64,000 nucleotides of DNA from a virus: positions 32,001 to 96,000 of IMG/VR virus record IMGVR_UViG_3300042402_001861. One strand, 5' to 3'. The notes under the pieces are model-generated. The model was not told the origin of the DNA, searched no databases, and saw nothing but the letters and a program-made list of their open reading frames with translations. The position numbers and the translations under genes are program-made. Shown piece after piece: positions 30,941 to 40,539 of the stretch. The first letter of the stretch is position 1. The number at the start of each line of letters is the position of its first letter.

Positions 30941-32624
30941 GCAAGGAAACACTTACCTTGGCAACCCCCTTCTCAAGGGGCCGAATGTACAGGTACAGTA
31001 CACCAAGCAGCAACTTGAGGAGTTTGTCCGCTGCTCCAAGGATCCGGTCTATTTCCTTGAACACTACATGAAGATCGTGACCATCGACTCTGGTCCGATG
31101 CTTTTCAAGATGTATGAGTTTCAGCGGCAGATCATCAGGGAAATCCATTCCAATCGTTTTGTGATTTCCAAGATTCCCCGACAGAGCGGAAAGTCCACCG
31201 TGATGTTGGGATACATTCTGTACAGCATTCTGTTCACTCCCAACTACAAGGTGGCAATCCTTGCCAACAAGTTGAAGACCGCTGGTGAATTGCTGAACCG
31301 TCTGAAGTTTGCGTATGAGAATCTTCCCAAGTGGTTGCAGCAGGGTGTAATTGAATGGAACAAATTGAGCATCACCTTGGAGAACGGGTCGAAGGTCGTG
31401 TCTTCTGCAACGAGCGCATCTGCCGTCCGTGGAGACAGTTTCAACTTCCTGCTGCTTGACGAGTTTGCCTTCGTTCCTCCGAACATTGCCGAAGAGTTCT
31501 TTTCGTCGGTGTATCCAACCATCTCGTCGGGAAAGACATCCAAGGTGGTCATTGTTTCCACGCCATGCGGCATGAATATGTTCTACAAGTTGTGGAAGGA
31601 TGCCATTGCCAAGCGAAACGAATACATTGCCGTTGAGGCGCATTGGTATCAGGTTCCCGGTCGTGACGAGAAGTGGAAGGAAAGCACAAAGAAGAGCCTT
31701 TCCTCTGAAAGACAATGGCTTCAGGAATATGAATGCGAATTCCTTGGCTCTGAAGACACCCTCATCAAGCCTGCGAAGATATCGTCATTGGCATACGAGA
31801 AGCCAATCTTTCAAAATGAGGAAGGGCTTGTTGTTTATGAAGCACCCATCAAGGATCACATCTATGCAATGTGCGTTGATACTGCCCGTGGGCAGGGTCA
31901 GGACTACCATGCCCTCACCGTGGTTGATGCGACAAATATTCCCTACAAGGTAGTTGCCAAGTTCAGGAACAACACCATGCCCGTCATGGTATTTCCCAAT
32001 CTTATTGAAGTTGTGGGTAATCGATATAACGAAGCATACGCCCTCATCGAATTGAACGACACCGGACAACAGGTTTCCGACATTCTGAGAGAAGAACAGG
32101 AATATGAAAATCTCATAACCATCACAGTCAAGGGAAAGAAGGGACAGAAAGCAGGCGAAGGATTCGGTGCAGGAAGGGTGCAGTACGGCATCAAGATGTC
32201 CATACAGACAAAGAAGACGGGATGCCTTGTCCTCAAGGAGATGATCGAAGGAGATAAGATCATCCTCAACGACTTTGACATCATTGCCGAACTTTCCACC
32301 TATATCGCCAAGGGTGCCGCTTACGAGGCAAGTTCGGGCTACAACGATGACCTGATATCTACCCTTGTTATGTTTGGTTGGTTGACTACGCAGCCATATT
32401 TTAAGGATTTGGTGAATACCGACATACGCCGCAAACTGTTTGAAGACAAACTCAAAAAGTTAGAAGATGACCTCGTTCCGTTTGGCTTCTTGGAGATGGG
32501 AATGGACGATGATCGTAGCGAGGACGAGATCGAATTGTCCCGAGAACTTTCACCAAAGCAGAAGCGATTGCAGGAGAATGACCCGTTCATGGACGAGGAC
32601 ATCATTCCAAGGGGTAACTGGTAG
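30930..32624 (+). CDS. gp17: Terminase large subunit gp17
   Basis: 'YLGNPLLK', Walker A 'PRQSGKST', Walker B 'FLLLDEFAF', 'QEYECEFLGS', nuclease 'YNDDL'. Confidence 0.98.
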   Translation: MPRKQGNTYLGNPLLKGPNVQVQYTKQQLEEFVRCSKDPVYFLEHYMKIVTIDSGPMLFKMYEFQRQIIREIHSNRFVISKIPRQSGKSTVMLGYILYSILFTPNYKVAILANKLKTAGELLNRLKFAYENLPKWLQQGVIEWNKLSITLENGSKVVSSATSASAVRGDSFNFLLLDEFAFVPPNIAEEFFSSVYPTISSGKTSKVVIVSTPCGMNMFYKLWKDAIAKRNEYIAVEAHWYQVPGRDEKWKESTKKSLSSERQWLQEYECEFLGSEDTLIKPAKISSLAYEKPIFQNEEGLVVYEAPIKDHIYAMCVDTARGQGQDYHALTVVDATNIPYKVVAKFRNNTMPVMVFPNLIEVVGNRYNEAYALIELNDTGQQVSDILREEQEYENLITITVKGKKGQKAGEGFGAGRVQYGIKMSIQTKKTGCLVLKEMIEGDKIILNDFDIIAELSTYIAKGAAYEASSGYNDDLISTLVMFGWLTTQPYFKDLVNTDIRRKLFEDKLKKLEDDLVPFGFLEMGMDDDRSEDEIELSRELSPKQKRLQENDPFMDEDIIPRGNW

Positions 32625-32629
32625 AAATG

Positions 32630-32636
32630 CTAAATA
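32630..32636 (+). promoter_or_regulatory. T4-type late promoter box
   Basis: CTAAATA upstream of gp18. Confidence 0.75.
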
Positions 32637-32678
32637 CCTCCGTTCGCATCTTTTCAATAATCACAGGAGACAGCGCAC

Positions 32679-34457
32679 ATGGCATTTCAACTTAGCCCCG
32701 GTGTGTCAATCACAGAGAGAGACTTGACCACAATCATCCCTGCCGTTGCGACTACGAATGCAGGCTTTGCAGGTTACTTCCGGTGGGGTCCAGCCGATCA
32801 GCGAGTGGTTGTGAGTGATGTTTCCAACCTCGTCCAACTCTACGGAACGCCCGACGACAACAACTTCAAGCATTGGTTCAGCGCCGCCAACTTCCTTGGC
32901 TACGGCAACAACCTTCAGATCGTTCGTGCCTGCCACACCGGTGCGGCCAACGCAAGCCAGACTACGGGTGCTGCTTATCTTCCCAACAACGAGTCCGACT
33001 TTGCTGGTACTTCTACAGCCATCTACGGAATGTTTGCTGCCCGTTATCCGGGTCAACTTGGAAACAGCCTTGCCGTGGAAATCTGTGGAGCCGATGCTGG
33101 CGTGACTTCGTTCAATACTTGGACTTACTCGTCTGAGTTTGACGGTAAGCCCTCTACCTCGTTCTTTGCAGAAAATTCGCTTGGTCTGACTCAGGCCAAC
33201 GATGAATTCCACATGGTGGTTCTTGACCGCCTCGGTCGCTTCACGGGAGCCGTGAATACGGTTCTTGAGCGTTTCGCCGGTCTTTCGATTGATCCTGCCG
33301 CAGTTGCACAGGATGGAACCTCGATGTACTTCAAGGCAAAGATCAACAATGAATCAAAGTATCTTGTTGCTCTTGGGTCGATCACCACTCTTGATGGCAC
33401 AGCCTTCAAGATTAATGGTGTGACTGGTTCGGGTGTGACTGGCTGGAGTGGTTCAGGCACATGGGCCTACAATTCGACCGACTACACCTCCAACCGTTAT
33501 GACACGGGTTCGGGTGCAGGAGCCACCGGTGGCGTGTTCCGTGTAGAGTTCCAGGGTGGTACGGGAGAATGGGATTCGACCGGCAACCGACTCTTCACCG
33601 AAGGCTACGGATATCAGTTGTTTGCTGATGCCGATACTTCCAATGTCTCCCTGCTCATCGGTGGGCCTCTCACCGCCAGCACGGTAAACAGCCTAGTAAC
33701 GATTGCCAATGACCGCAAGGACTGCGTTGCCTTCGTATCTCCCGAGATCAACAATGCCTCGGTATCCGAAGCATCAAAGTTGGCAGCAGCCAAGACTTTC
33801 CGTGATGCTGTAGGAAACTCCTCCTACACGGTCATCGACACGGGCTACAAGTATCAGTACGATTCTTACAATGATACCTACCGCTATGTCCCGCTGAACG
33901 GAGACATCGCCGGTCTGTGCGTCCGTACCGACCTGACCAATGATCCTTGGTACAGCCCCGCCGGATTCAACCGTGGCGTGATTCGCAACACGATTCGTCT
34001 TGCTTATAACCCAAACAAGACCCACCGTGACGAACTTTATAGTTACGGCATCAACCCCGTGATTACCCTGCCCGGTGAGGGAACCCTTCTGTACGGCGAC
34101 AAGACCGCACAGACCAAGCCCTCGGCATTTGACCGCATCAATGTCCGTCGTCTGTTCATCGTCCTTGAGAAGGCCATCGCAACGGCTGCCAAGTACAGCC
34201 TATTCGAATTCAACGATGCCTTCACACGGTCGCAGTTCCGTTCGATGATCGAGCCGTTCCTCCGTGATGTTCAGAGCCGCCGTGGCATCACCGATTTCTT
34301 GGTGAAGTGCGACGAGTCCAACAACACTTCGGAGGTCATCGACAGCAACCGCTTCGTCGCTGACATCTTCGTCAAGCCTGCCCGTAGCATCAACTTCATC
34401 CAACTCAATTTCATCGCCACTAAGACCGGAGTATCGTTCACCGAAGTAGGTGGATGA
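32679..34457 (+). CDS. gp18: Tail sheath protein gp18
   Basis: 'MAFQLSPGVSITERDLT', 'WYSPAGFNRG', 'FDRINVRRLF'. Confidence 0.98.
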   Translation: MAFQLSPGVSITERDLTTIIPAVATTNAGFAGYFRWGPADQRVVVSDVSNLVQLYGTPDDNNFKHWFSAANFLGYGNNLQIVRACHTGAANASQTTGAAYLPNNESDFAGTSTAIYGMFAARYPGQLGNSLAVEICGADAGVTSFNTWTYSSEFDGKPSTSFFAENSLGLTQANDEFHMVVLDRLGRFTGAVNTVLERFAGLSIDPAAVAQDGTSMYFKAKINNESKYLVALGSITTLDGTAFKINGVTGSGVTGWSGSGTWAYNSTDYTSNRYDTGSGAGATGGVFRVEFQGGTGEWDSTGNRLFTEGYGYQLFADADTSNVSLLIGGPLTASTVNSLVTIANDRKDCVAFVSPEINNASVSEASKLAAAKTFRDAVGNSSYTVIDTGYKYQYDSYNDTYRYVPLNGDIAGLCVRTDLTNDPWYSPAGFNRGVIRNTIRLAYNPNKTHRDELYSYGINPVITLPGEGTLLYGDKTAQTKPSAFDRINVRRLFIVLEKAIATAAKYSLFEFNDAFTRSQFRSMIEPFLRDVQSRRGITDFLVKCDESNNTSEVIDSNRFVADIFVKPARSINFIQLNFIATKTGVSFTEVGG

Positions 34458-34463
34458 TAACCG

Positions 34464-34470
34464 ATAAATA
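34464..34470 (+). promoter_or_regulatory. T4-type late promoter box
   Basis: ATAAATA, then AGGAG and ATG 34490. Confidence 0.75.
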
Positions 34471-34489
34471 AGGCAAAGGAGACACATCG

Positions 34490-35122
34490 ATGGCATATAG
34501 CCAATTCAGCCTAGACGCTTTCCGAGCGAACCTTATCAATGGTGGAGCGAGAGACAACCTTTATCTCGTCACGGGTTCATTCCCAAATGGCGGAAGCCGT
34601 TCGATCAATGCTGCGGCAGGAATTGCAGGAGCAATCTTCGGAACTGCTGCTGCCGGTGCCGTGTCTGCGGTTGGTGGGTTGGTAAACAATGGAAATGCAA
34701 ACGGTCAGATCACCTTCCTGACGAAGGGTGCCAAGATTCCGGCTGCCAAGATGTCCGAGGGGACAGCCAACTTCATGGGTCGTACCCTGAAGTTCCCGGC
34801 TGACAGGACTTTCGACAACTGGACAATCAATGTCTACAACGATGGTTCCTACAACCTTCGCAAGGCATTCGAGTCTTGGTCGAACCTGATCAACACCTAT
34901 GCAAGCAATGTTGGTCCCAACAACTTCAATTCCTTCTTGATGGACTGGTCCGTACAGCCCCTCACTCGCGAAGGAAACGCAATCTGCACCTACAAGTTCA
35001 TCGGCTGCTATCCTGCAACCGTTGGAGAAGTGAACCTGTCCTTCGAAGCAAAGAATTCGATTTCGGAGTTCCAAGTCGATCTGTCGTATCAATACTACGA
35101 ACTAGTCGGAACAACCACCTGA
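34490..35122 (+). CDS. gp19: Tail tube protein gp19 with a Gly/Ala-rich insertion
   Basis: 'GGARDNLY', 'FMGRTLKFPADRTFDNWTINVYND', 'ISEFQVDLSYQY'. Confidence 0.95.
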   Translation: MAYSQFSLDAFRANLINGGARDNLYLVTGSFPNGGSRSINAAAGIAGAIFGTAAAGAVSAVGGLVNNGNANGQITFLTKGAKIPAAKMSEGTANFMGRTLKFPADRTFDNWTINVYNDGSYNLRKAFESWSNLINTYASNVGPNNFNSFLMDWSVQPLTREGNAICTYKFIGCYPATVGEVNLSFEAKNSISEFQVDLSYQYYELVGTTT

Positions 35123-35151
35123 TAGTCAGGCAACAAGGAGAGATTTAAACT

Positions 35152-36651
35152 ATGGAGTTGTTTGGCTTCAAACTTGAACGGTCACCGAAGCAGAAGAGCG
35201 ATTTCAAGGCACTAAAGTCATTCGTAGTCCCAACTACGGATGACGGTGCCATTCCGGTGGAGGCTGGTGGCTTCTACGGGCAATATGTCGATCTTGACGG
35301 TTCTGTACGCAATGACTTTGAACTGGTTGCCAAGTATCGCGAAATGTCCATGGACCCGATCTGCGAGATCGCCGTCGATGACATCGTGAACGAGGCCATT
35401 GTGACCGAGCCGGGAAAGATGCCGATCAAGTTGGCATTCATAAACGACAAGACCATTTCGCCAAAAATCAAGAATAAGATTGAGGAAGAATTCAAGAATC
35501 TTCTTCGGTTGATGTCCTTTGATACAAAGGGGTATGAAGTCTTTCGCCGTTGGTATGTTGATGGAAAGATTTACTTTCACATCATCGTTGACGAGGAGAA
35601 GCCAGAGAAGGGAATCCTTGAACTTCGCTATGTTGATCCCCTGAACATTCAGAAGATCCGTGAGTTCAAGAAGGAAACCCGTCCTGATGGAACCAAGTTA
35701 ATCACGGGATTCCGCGATTTCTACCTCTACAACAAGGACAATCCCCGTGTGGGATCGGCGCAAGGTATCAAGATCAGCGACGATGCAATCGCATTCTGCT
35801 CTTCTGGTCTGTTTGACAGCCGCTATCGTCGCACCGTGGGATTCATGCATAAGGCAATCAAGCCCCTGAATCAGTTGCGAATGATGGAAGATGCCGTAGT
35901 CATCTATCGCATCTCCCGGGCACCTGAGCGCAGGATTTTCTACATCGATGTCGGAAACCTTCCCAAGACAAAGGCTGAAGCCTATGTCAAGGACATCATG
36001 AACCGATATCGCAACAAGTTGGTCTATGACGCAACCACAGGCGAGATTCGCGATGACAAGAAGTTCCTCTCCATGCTTGAGGACTATTGGCTTCCTCGTC
36101 GCGAAGGCAGCAAGGGAACCGAGATCAGCACCCTATCGGGAGCGCAGAACCTCGGTGAACTTGCAGATATCGTGTATTTCCAGAAGAAACTCTACCGTGC
36201 TTTGAATGTGCCCGTGAGTCGCTTGGAACAGGACAGGGGAATTGCCCTTGGTCGTTCGTCGGAAATAAACCGCGATGAACTCAAGTTTTCAAAGTTCGTG
36301 ACCCGTCTACGCAGCAAGTTCAACGAACTGATTTATGACTTGCTCCGAAAGCAGTTGCTGCTCAAGAATGTCATCACGCAGGACGAATGGCCGAACATCA
36401 AGGAGATCATGTTCCTTGACTACCTTAAGGATTCATACTATGTGGAGGCCAAGAACGCCGAACTCCGCAAGCAACGCAACGGCGAACTGAACGATGTTGA
36501 AAAATACATAGGTAAGTATTATTCTCACTATTGGGTCCGCACTCAGGTGCTTGGCATGACCGAAGGCGAGATTGCGGAAATGGACAAGCAGATGGCTCAA
36601 GAGAGGGACAGCGGGCTTTATACCCTGTCCAACGAACCAGGAATTGTATAA
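35152..36651 (+). CDS. gp20: Portal protein gp20
   Basis: 'RRWYVDGKIYFH', 'LNQLRMMEDAVVIYRISRAPERRIFYIDVGNLP', 'EDYWLPRREG'. Confidence 0.98.
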   Translation: MELFGFKLERSPKQKSDFKALKSFVVPTTDDGAIPVEAGGFYGQYVDLDGSVRNDFELVAKYREMSMDPICEIAVDDIVNEAIVTEPGKMPIKLAFINDKTISPKIKNKIEEEFKNLLRLMSFDTKGYEVFRRWYVDGKIYFHIIVDEEKPEKGILELRYVDPLNIQKIREFKKETRPDGTKLITGFRDFYLYNKDNPRVGSAQGIKISDDAIAFCSSGLFDSRYRRTVGFMHKAIKPLNQLRMMEDAVVIYRISRAPERRIFYIDVGNLPKTKAEAYVKDIMNRYRNKLVYDATTGEIRDDKKFLSMLEDYWLPRREGSKGTEISTLSGAQNLGELADIVYFQKKLYRALNVPVSRLEQDRGIALGRSSEINRDELKFSKFVTRLRSKFNELIYDLLRKQLLLKNVITQDEWPNIKEIMFLDYLKDSYYVEAKNAELRKQRNGELNDVEKYIGKYYSHYWVRTQVLGMTEGEIAEMDKQMAQERDSGLYTLSNEPGIV

Positions 36652-36660
36652 GGAACGCAA

Positions 36661-37779
36661 ATGGAAATCAATCATCTTTCAAACGCTCTTGATTCGGTCA
36701 ACGAAAAGGATGCTGTTTCCTTCAAGTCCGCCCTTTCTCAGCATTTGAACAACCGTCTTTTCACCGCATTGCAGGCAAGAAAGGCTGAAGTTGCCAAGGA
36801 GATGATTGGTGAAAAGTCCGTTGTTTCTGAAGCCAATGTAATCGCTCCTTCTGCTCCCCCTACACAAGGATTTGCAAAGAAGCCCGATGCATTCAAGGTC
36901 GATCCCGCCAAGGCAAAAATCGAAATGCAGAAAGCAAAGTCGATGGTCGTGGCCAATAAGGCAAAGATGGCGGCGGTCGATGTCAAGAAGAATGTCCTTG
37001 GTCCCAAGGAACTTGAAACCATGCAGAAGCAGATCGCTGCTGTTGCTGACAATAGCGTTGACATCGGATCGCTAAAGCCTGTTCCCGGCGGCTTTGAAGT
37101 AAAGAAGGCTGCTGACGGAGGGCTTGATCCAAATCAGGAAAAGGAATACCTGATGAAGACCTTCAATCACAACGGGAAAGTTGTCGAATTGAAGCAAGTC
37201 GGCCTTGGGTTCTCCCGTCCGATCCGTGCATACATCGACGGTGTTCGTTGGAATTTCTTCCCGAGCATGGGCAAGGCCATGGAAATGACTAAGGAATACA
37301 TCGAGATGGAAAGTGGCGCTGCAAAGAAGGAAGAGGTGCAGCAAGATGGGCAATTGGCCGAGAAGGTCGATCTTGACGGCAGAACGAAGATTGTTCGTGA
37401 TACCGTTGCGAGAATCGAACAGTATCGCAAGTTGCGTTCGGAGAAGACAAAGCCTGCTGTGGAAAACAAGGAAAACAAGTTTGCCGGAATCTATGATGAC
37501 GGCAGCGGTAAGGGAGCCTTCATTCCGCAACCAATCGACACGGGCAAGCAACATCCGTTCTTCAGAAAGACCGTGACCGAAGGTGTTCTTGACGAATTCA
37601 AGTCGATGTTTAAGAAGGAAAACATCACGGTTCGCGAGGGCGACAAGGAAGAGTACGAGCGTTTCTTCAAGGTAGCCATGAAGAAGTTTGGAATCTCAAG
37701 CCCCACCGATCTCAAGACCCCCGAGCAAAAGAAGAAGTTCTTCGATTATGTCAAGAAGAACTACAAGGGAAACGATTGA
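36661..37779 (+). CDS. Prohead core protein, gp67-like N-terminus with additional modules
   Basis: Follows the portal gene; 'FKSALSQHLNNRLFTALQARKAEVAKEM'; acidic cleavage-like linkers; C-terminal 'YERFFKVAMKKFGISSP...KFFDYVKKNYK'. Confidence 0.65.
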   Translation: MEINHLSNALDSVNEKDAVSFKSALSQHLNNRLFTALQARKAEVAKEMIGEKSVVSEANVIAPSAPPTQGFAKKPDAFKVDPAKAKIEMQKAKSMVVANKAKMAAVDVKKNVLGPKELETMQKQIAAVADNSVDIGSLKPVPGGFEVKKAADGGLDPNQEKEYLMKTFNHNGKVVELKQVGLGFSRPIRAYIDGVRWNFFPSMGKAMEMTKEYIEMESGAAKKEEVQQDGQLAEKVDLDGRTKIVRDTVARIEQYRKLRSEKTKPAVENKENKFAGIYDDGSGKGAFIPQPIDTGKQHPFFRKTVTEGVLDEFKSMFKKENITVREGDKEEYERFFKVAMKKFGISSPTDLKTPEQKKKFFDYVKKNYKGND

Positions 37780-38225
37780 TGCCCAAGTCAGTATTCAACT
37801 TCAATAGCAAGGAAGTCCTTGATGAGGCAATCGGCTATCTCTTGCCGAGAATGCCGGGTGGCCTGAAAACTACCACGGTAGATGGTGTGAAGTTGTGTGT
37901 TGAGGCGAGAGATTCCGGTCATATGGATGAGTTTCGCGAGGAACTGAACAATTTCAAGGAACTTCGCAGACTTGACAAGTTGACCGCAAAGGTGATTTCG
38001 ACCCTTGCTTCAATCGTCAAGGAGAACAAGAACCACACTCTTCGACTGATGAACGGAGACTTGGTTCGTCTTTCTCCCGACAATGCAAGAAAGATCGTTT
38101 CAATTCATGACCAACTTGACCATCGGGAGAATCAGGCTGCTCTTCGCATGATGGTCATCGAAAGCAAGAAATCGCATGAGGCAGCAATTCAGTTCTGCCT
38201 AGAAAAGACCAAGGAGACTGAATAA
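37779..38225 (+). CDS. Prohead-region hypothetical protein (gp68-like position)
   Basis: Coupled ORF (TGATG) between gp20 and gp21. Confidence 0.6.
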   Translation: MPKSVFNFNSKEVLDEAIGYLLPRMPGGLKTTTVDGVKLCVEARDSGHMDEFREELNNFKELRRLDKLTAKVISTLASIVKENKNHTLRLMNGDLVRLSPDNARKIVSIHDQLDHRENQAALRMMVIESKKSHEAAIQFCLEKTKETE

Positions 38226-38611
38226 TGGCCAACTCATTCAACTACATCGTGAAGACCAAGAATCGTTGCGTGGTTTCCGTCATTGGAGATACCGCCGGTG
38301 GAATAACATTTGGAATCAGCGGTCCAGCGTTCACCCAACCCGGCGGTTATCCCGACTTCAACGATCCAAACATCACCAATTCCTCTGCCTGCCTGTCGAG
38401 AATCCACTATGGACTCAGCGGTTCTTCCTGCCTGTTGCAGTTCTTGGGCGGAACTCCCGGCAACGCATATGTCCTGACACCGGGAACCACGGAAGTCAAC
38501 TTTGATCGTATGACGGTTCCAAACAACGCAGTAACGCCAAACGGAATCTTCTCGGTCAATGTCCCTGCGTCCACCGTTGTGACGGCTTATTTGGAATTCA
38601 CAGCCTTCTAA
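38225..38611 (+). CDS. Hypothetical virion protein
   Basis: 128-aa coupled ORF (TAATG) before gp21. Confidence 0.65.
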   Translation: MANSFNYIVKTKNRCVVSVIGDTAGGITFGISGPAFTQPGGYPDFNDPNITNSSACLSRIHYGLSGSSCLLQFLGGTPGNAYVLTPGTTEVNFDRMTVPNNAVTPNGIFSVNVPASTVVTAYLEFTAF

Positions 38612-38632
38612 ACAAACGGAGCATACCAACAA

Positions 38633-39280
38633 ATGAAACTGTTCTGCGACCTAAACGAAAGCATCGAAGTCCTGACCGAGGAGACTGCTCCCGGACAGAA
38701 GAACTATTACATCGAAGGCGTGTTCCTGCAAGGGGACATCACCAACCGCAACAAGCGCCGCTATCCGATTGAAACCTTGATGAAGGAAGTAAAGCGGTAC
38801 AACGAGCAGTTTGTCAAGCAGAAGCGGGCTTTCGGTGAGTTGGGCCACCCCGAGGGTCCGACCATCAATCTTGAGAGAGTCAGCCACATGATCACCGAAC
38901 TTCGCTGTGAAGGCAAGAACTTCATGGGCAAGGCCAAGATCATGGACACCCCATACGGCAAGATTGTAAAAAACCTCATTGATGAGGGTGCAAAGTTGGG
39001 TGTTTCTAGCCGTGGAATGGGTTCCCTAGAAGAGCGCAATGGAGTCAATGTCGTAAAGGATGACTTCCAACTTGCAACAGCAGCAGACATCGTTGCCGAT
39101 CCATCGGCTCCCGAGGCATTTGTCCGTGGGATCATGGAAGGCAAGGAATGGGTATGGGAAAGCGGACGGTTGGTCGAAAAGGACATAGTACAGATCAAGA
39201 AGGACATTTTGAAAACCAACTCCCGCAAGTTGGAAGAAGCCAAGATAAACGCATTCAATAAGTTCCTCCGGGGACTTTAA
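38633..39280 (+). CDS. gp21: Prohead protease gp21
   Basis: 'YIEGVFLQGDITNRNKRRYP', 'GELGHPEGPTINLERVSH', 'GVSSRGMGS', 'ADIVADPSAPEAFV'. Confidence 0.98.
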   Translation: MKLFCDLNESIEVLTEETAPGQKNYYIEGVFLQGDITNRNKRRYPIETLMKEVKRYNEQFVKQKRAFGELGHPEGPTINLERVSHMITELRCEGKNFMGKAKIMDTPYGKIVKNLIDEGAKLGVSSRGMGSLEERNGVNVVKDDFQLATAADIVADPSAPEAFVRGIMEGKEWVWESGRLVEKDIVQIKKDILKTNSRKLEEAKINAFNKFLRGL

Positions 39281-39286
39281 CCAAAG

Positions 39287-39294
39287 TATAAATA
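39287..39294 (+). promoter_or_regulatory. T4 late promoter (perfect TATAAATA)
   Basis: TATAAATA upstream of the gp22 SD AAGGAG. Confidence 0.85.
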
Positions 39295-39326
39295 ACAAGC
39301 ACCCTCACTAATCAAGGAGAGAGTTC

Positions 39327-40454
39327 ATGGACTCATTCAAGAACAACGAAGTAGAGGAAATCCTCGAAGAGGAAATCCTCGAAACCGAAGAGCAGACCGA
39401 CGAGGCCACCAACGAGGCTGACGAAGCCATCGAAGAGGCCACAGATTCCGCATCCAAGCAGAAGTCCAATGTGGCTGCTGCCAAGCAAATGGGTCAGGGT
39501 GCTGCCGTTGGTGCTGCTTCCCTCCCCAAGGAGTCCCCCAAGTACAAGGGACTCTACAAGGACGGCACAGGCAAGGGTGCAATCATCCCTGAGCCAATCG
39601 ACACCGATGATGTCGAGGGTGATGCCGATGTTGCTTCCAACGAGAAGCAAATGAAGAATGTGGACAAGAAGCGTATGGCCAAGGAAGATGTTGCCGTACA
39701 CATGGATGCCATGTTCAACGGCGAAGAACTCAGCGAAGAGTTCAAGACCAAGGCTTCCACAATCTTCGAAACCGCCGTCAACGAGCGCATCGAAGCCATT
39801 GCCGAGGAACTTGAGACTGAATTCGAGACTCGTCTTCTGTCCGCACAGGAGCAGATCAAGAACGAGTTGACCGAGCAGTTGGATTCCTACCTCTCCTATG
39901 TAATCGAAGAGTGGATGGAAGAGAACCGCCTCGCCGTGGAGAAGGGCATTCGCAACGAAGTCACCGAGCAGTTCATCGAAGGTCTTCGTTCGCTCTTCCT
40001 ACAGCACAACATCGAAGTTCCTGCTTCCAAGGTTGATCTTGTCGATGAGATGGCCGAGAAGGTCGAAGAACTCACCGGCAAACTCAACGAAGAAATTCAG
40101 AAGAATGTCGAGATGTCCAAGACTGTCGGTCAGTTGCGCCGCAGCGACATCCTTGACGAACAATGCGATGGTCTTGCCGATACGCAGAAGGAGCGTTTCA
40201 AGAAGTTGGCCGAGGGCGTAGCCTTCGAAAGCGAAGATGATTACCGCAGCAAGTTGGAAATCATCCGCGAGTCCTACTTCGGCGTTGGCTCGACCGAGAC
40301 AGACTCGGAGGGCGGCGAAGAGACAGTTGCTGAGGCTTCGGATGAAGTTGGCGACAGCATCGACGGTGATGATGTTGCTGCCGAGCCAAAGGAAACCATC
40401 AGCGAGTCGATGAGTGTGTACGCAAAGGCACTCTCGCGACTCAATCGTAAGTGA
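39327..40454 (+). CDS. gp22: Prohead scaffold protein gp22
   Basis: Acidic; 'LSEEFKTKASTIFETAV', 'LDSYLSYVIEEWMEENRLAVEKGIR', 'YRSKLEIIRESYF'. Confidence 0.95.
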   Translation: MDSFKNNEVEEILEEEILETEEQTDEATNEADEAIEEATDSASKQKSNVAAAKQMGQGAAVGAASLPKESPKYKGLYKDGTGKGAIIPEPIDTDDVEGDADVASNEKQMKNVDKKRMAKEDVAVHMDAMFNGEELSEEFKTKASTIFETAVNERIEAIAEELETEFETRLLSAQEQIKNELTEQLDSYLSYVIEEWMEENRLAVEKGIRNEVTEQFIEGLRSLFLQHNIEVPASKVDLVDEMAEKVEELTGKLNEEIQKNVEMSKTVGQLRRSDILDEQCDGLADTQKERFKKLAEGVAFESEDDYRSKLEIIRESYFGVGSTETDSEGGEETVAEASDEVGDSIDGDDVAAEPKETISESMSVYAKALSRLNRK

Positions 40455-40471
40455 TCAAAAACAGTTGATTT

Positions 40472-40478
40472 CTAAATA
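40472..40478 (+). promoter_or_regulatory. T4-type late promoter box
   Basis: CTAAATA upstream of gp23. Confidence 0.75.
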
Positions 40479-40539
40479 ATGAGTCAGTAAATTCAGTTAG
40501 CACTTTCAATCAAAAATTAACCTGTCACAGGAGACAAAA

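Noticed and set aside
30798-31715. Long antisense ORFs opposite gp17, uvsW (43672-44739), VrlC (14290-15129) and gp46 (47873-48712)
   Set aside because: Antisense shadows of unambiguous conserved genes.
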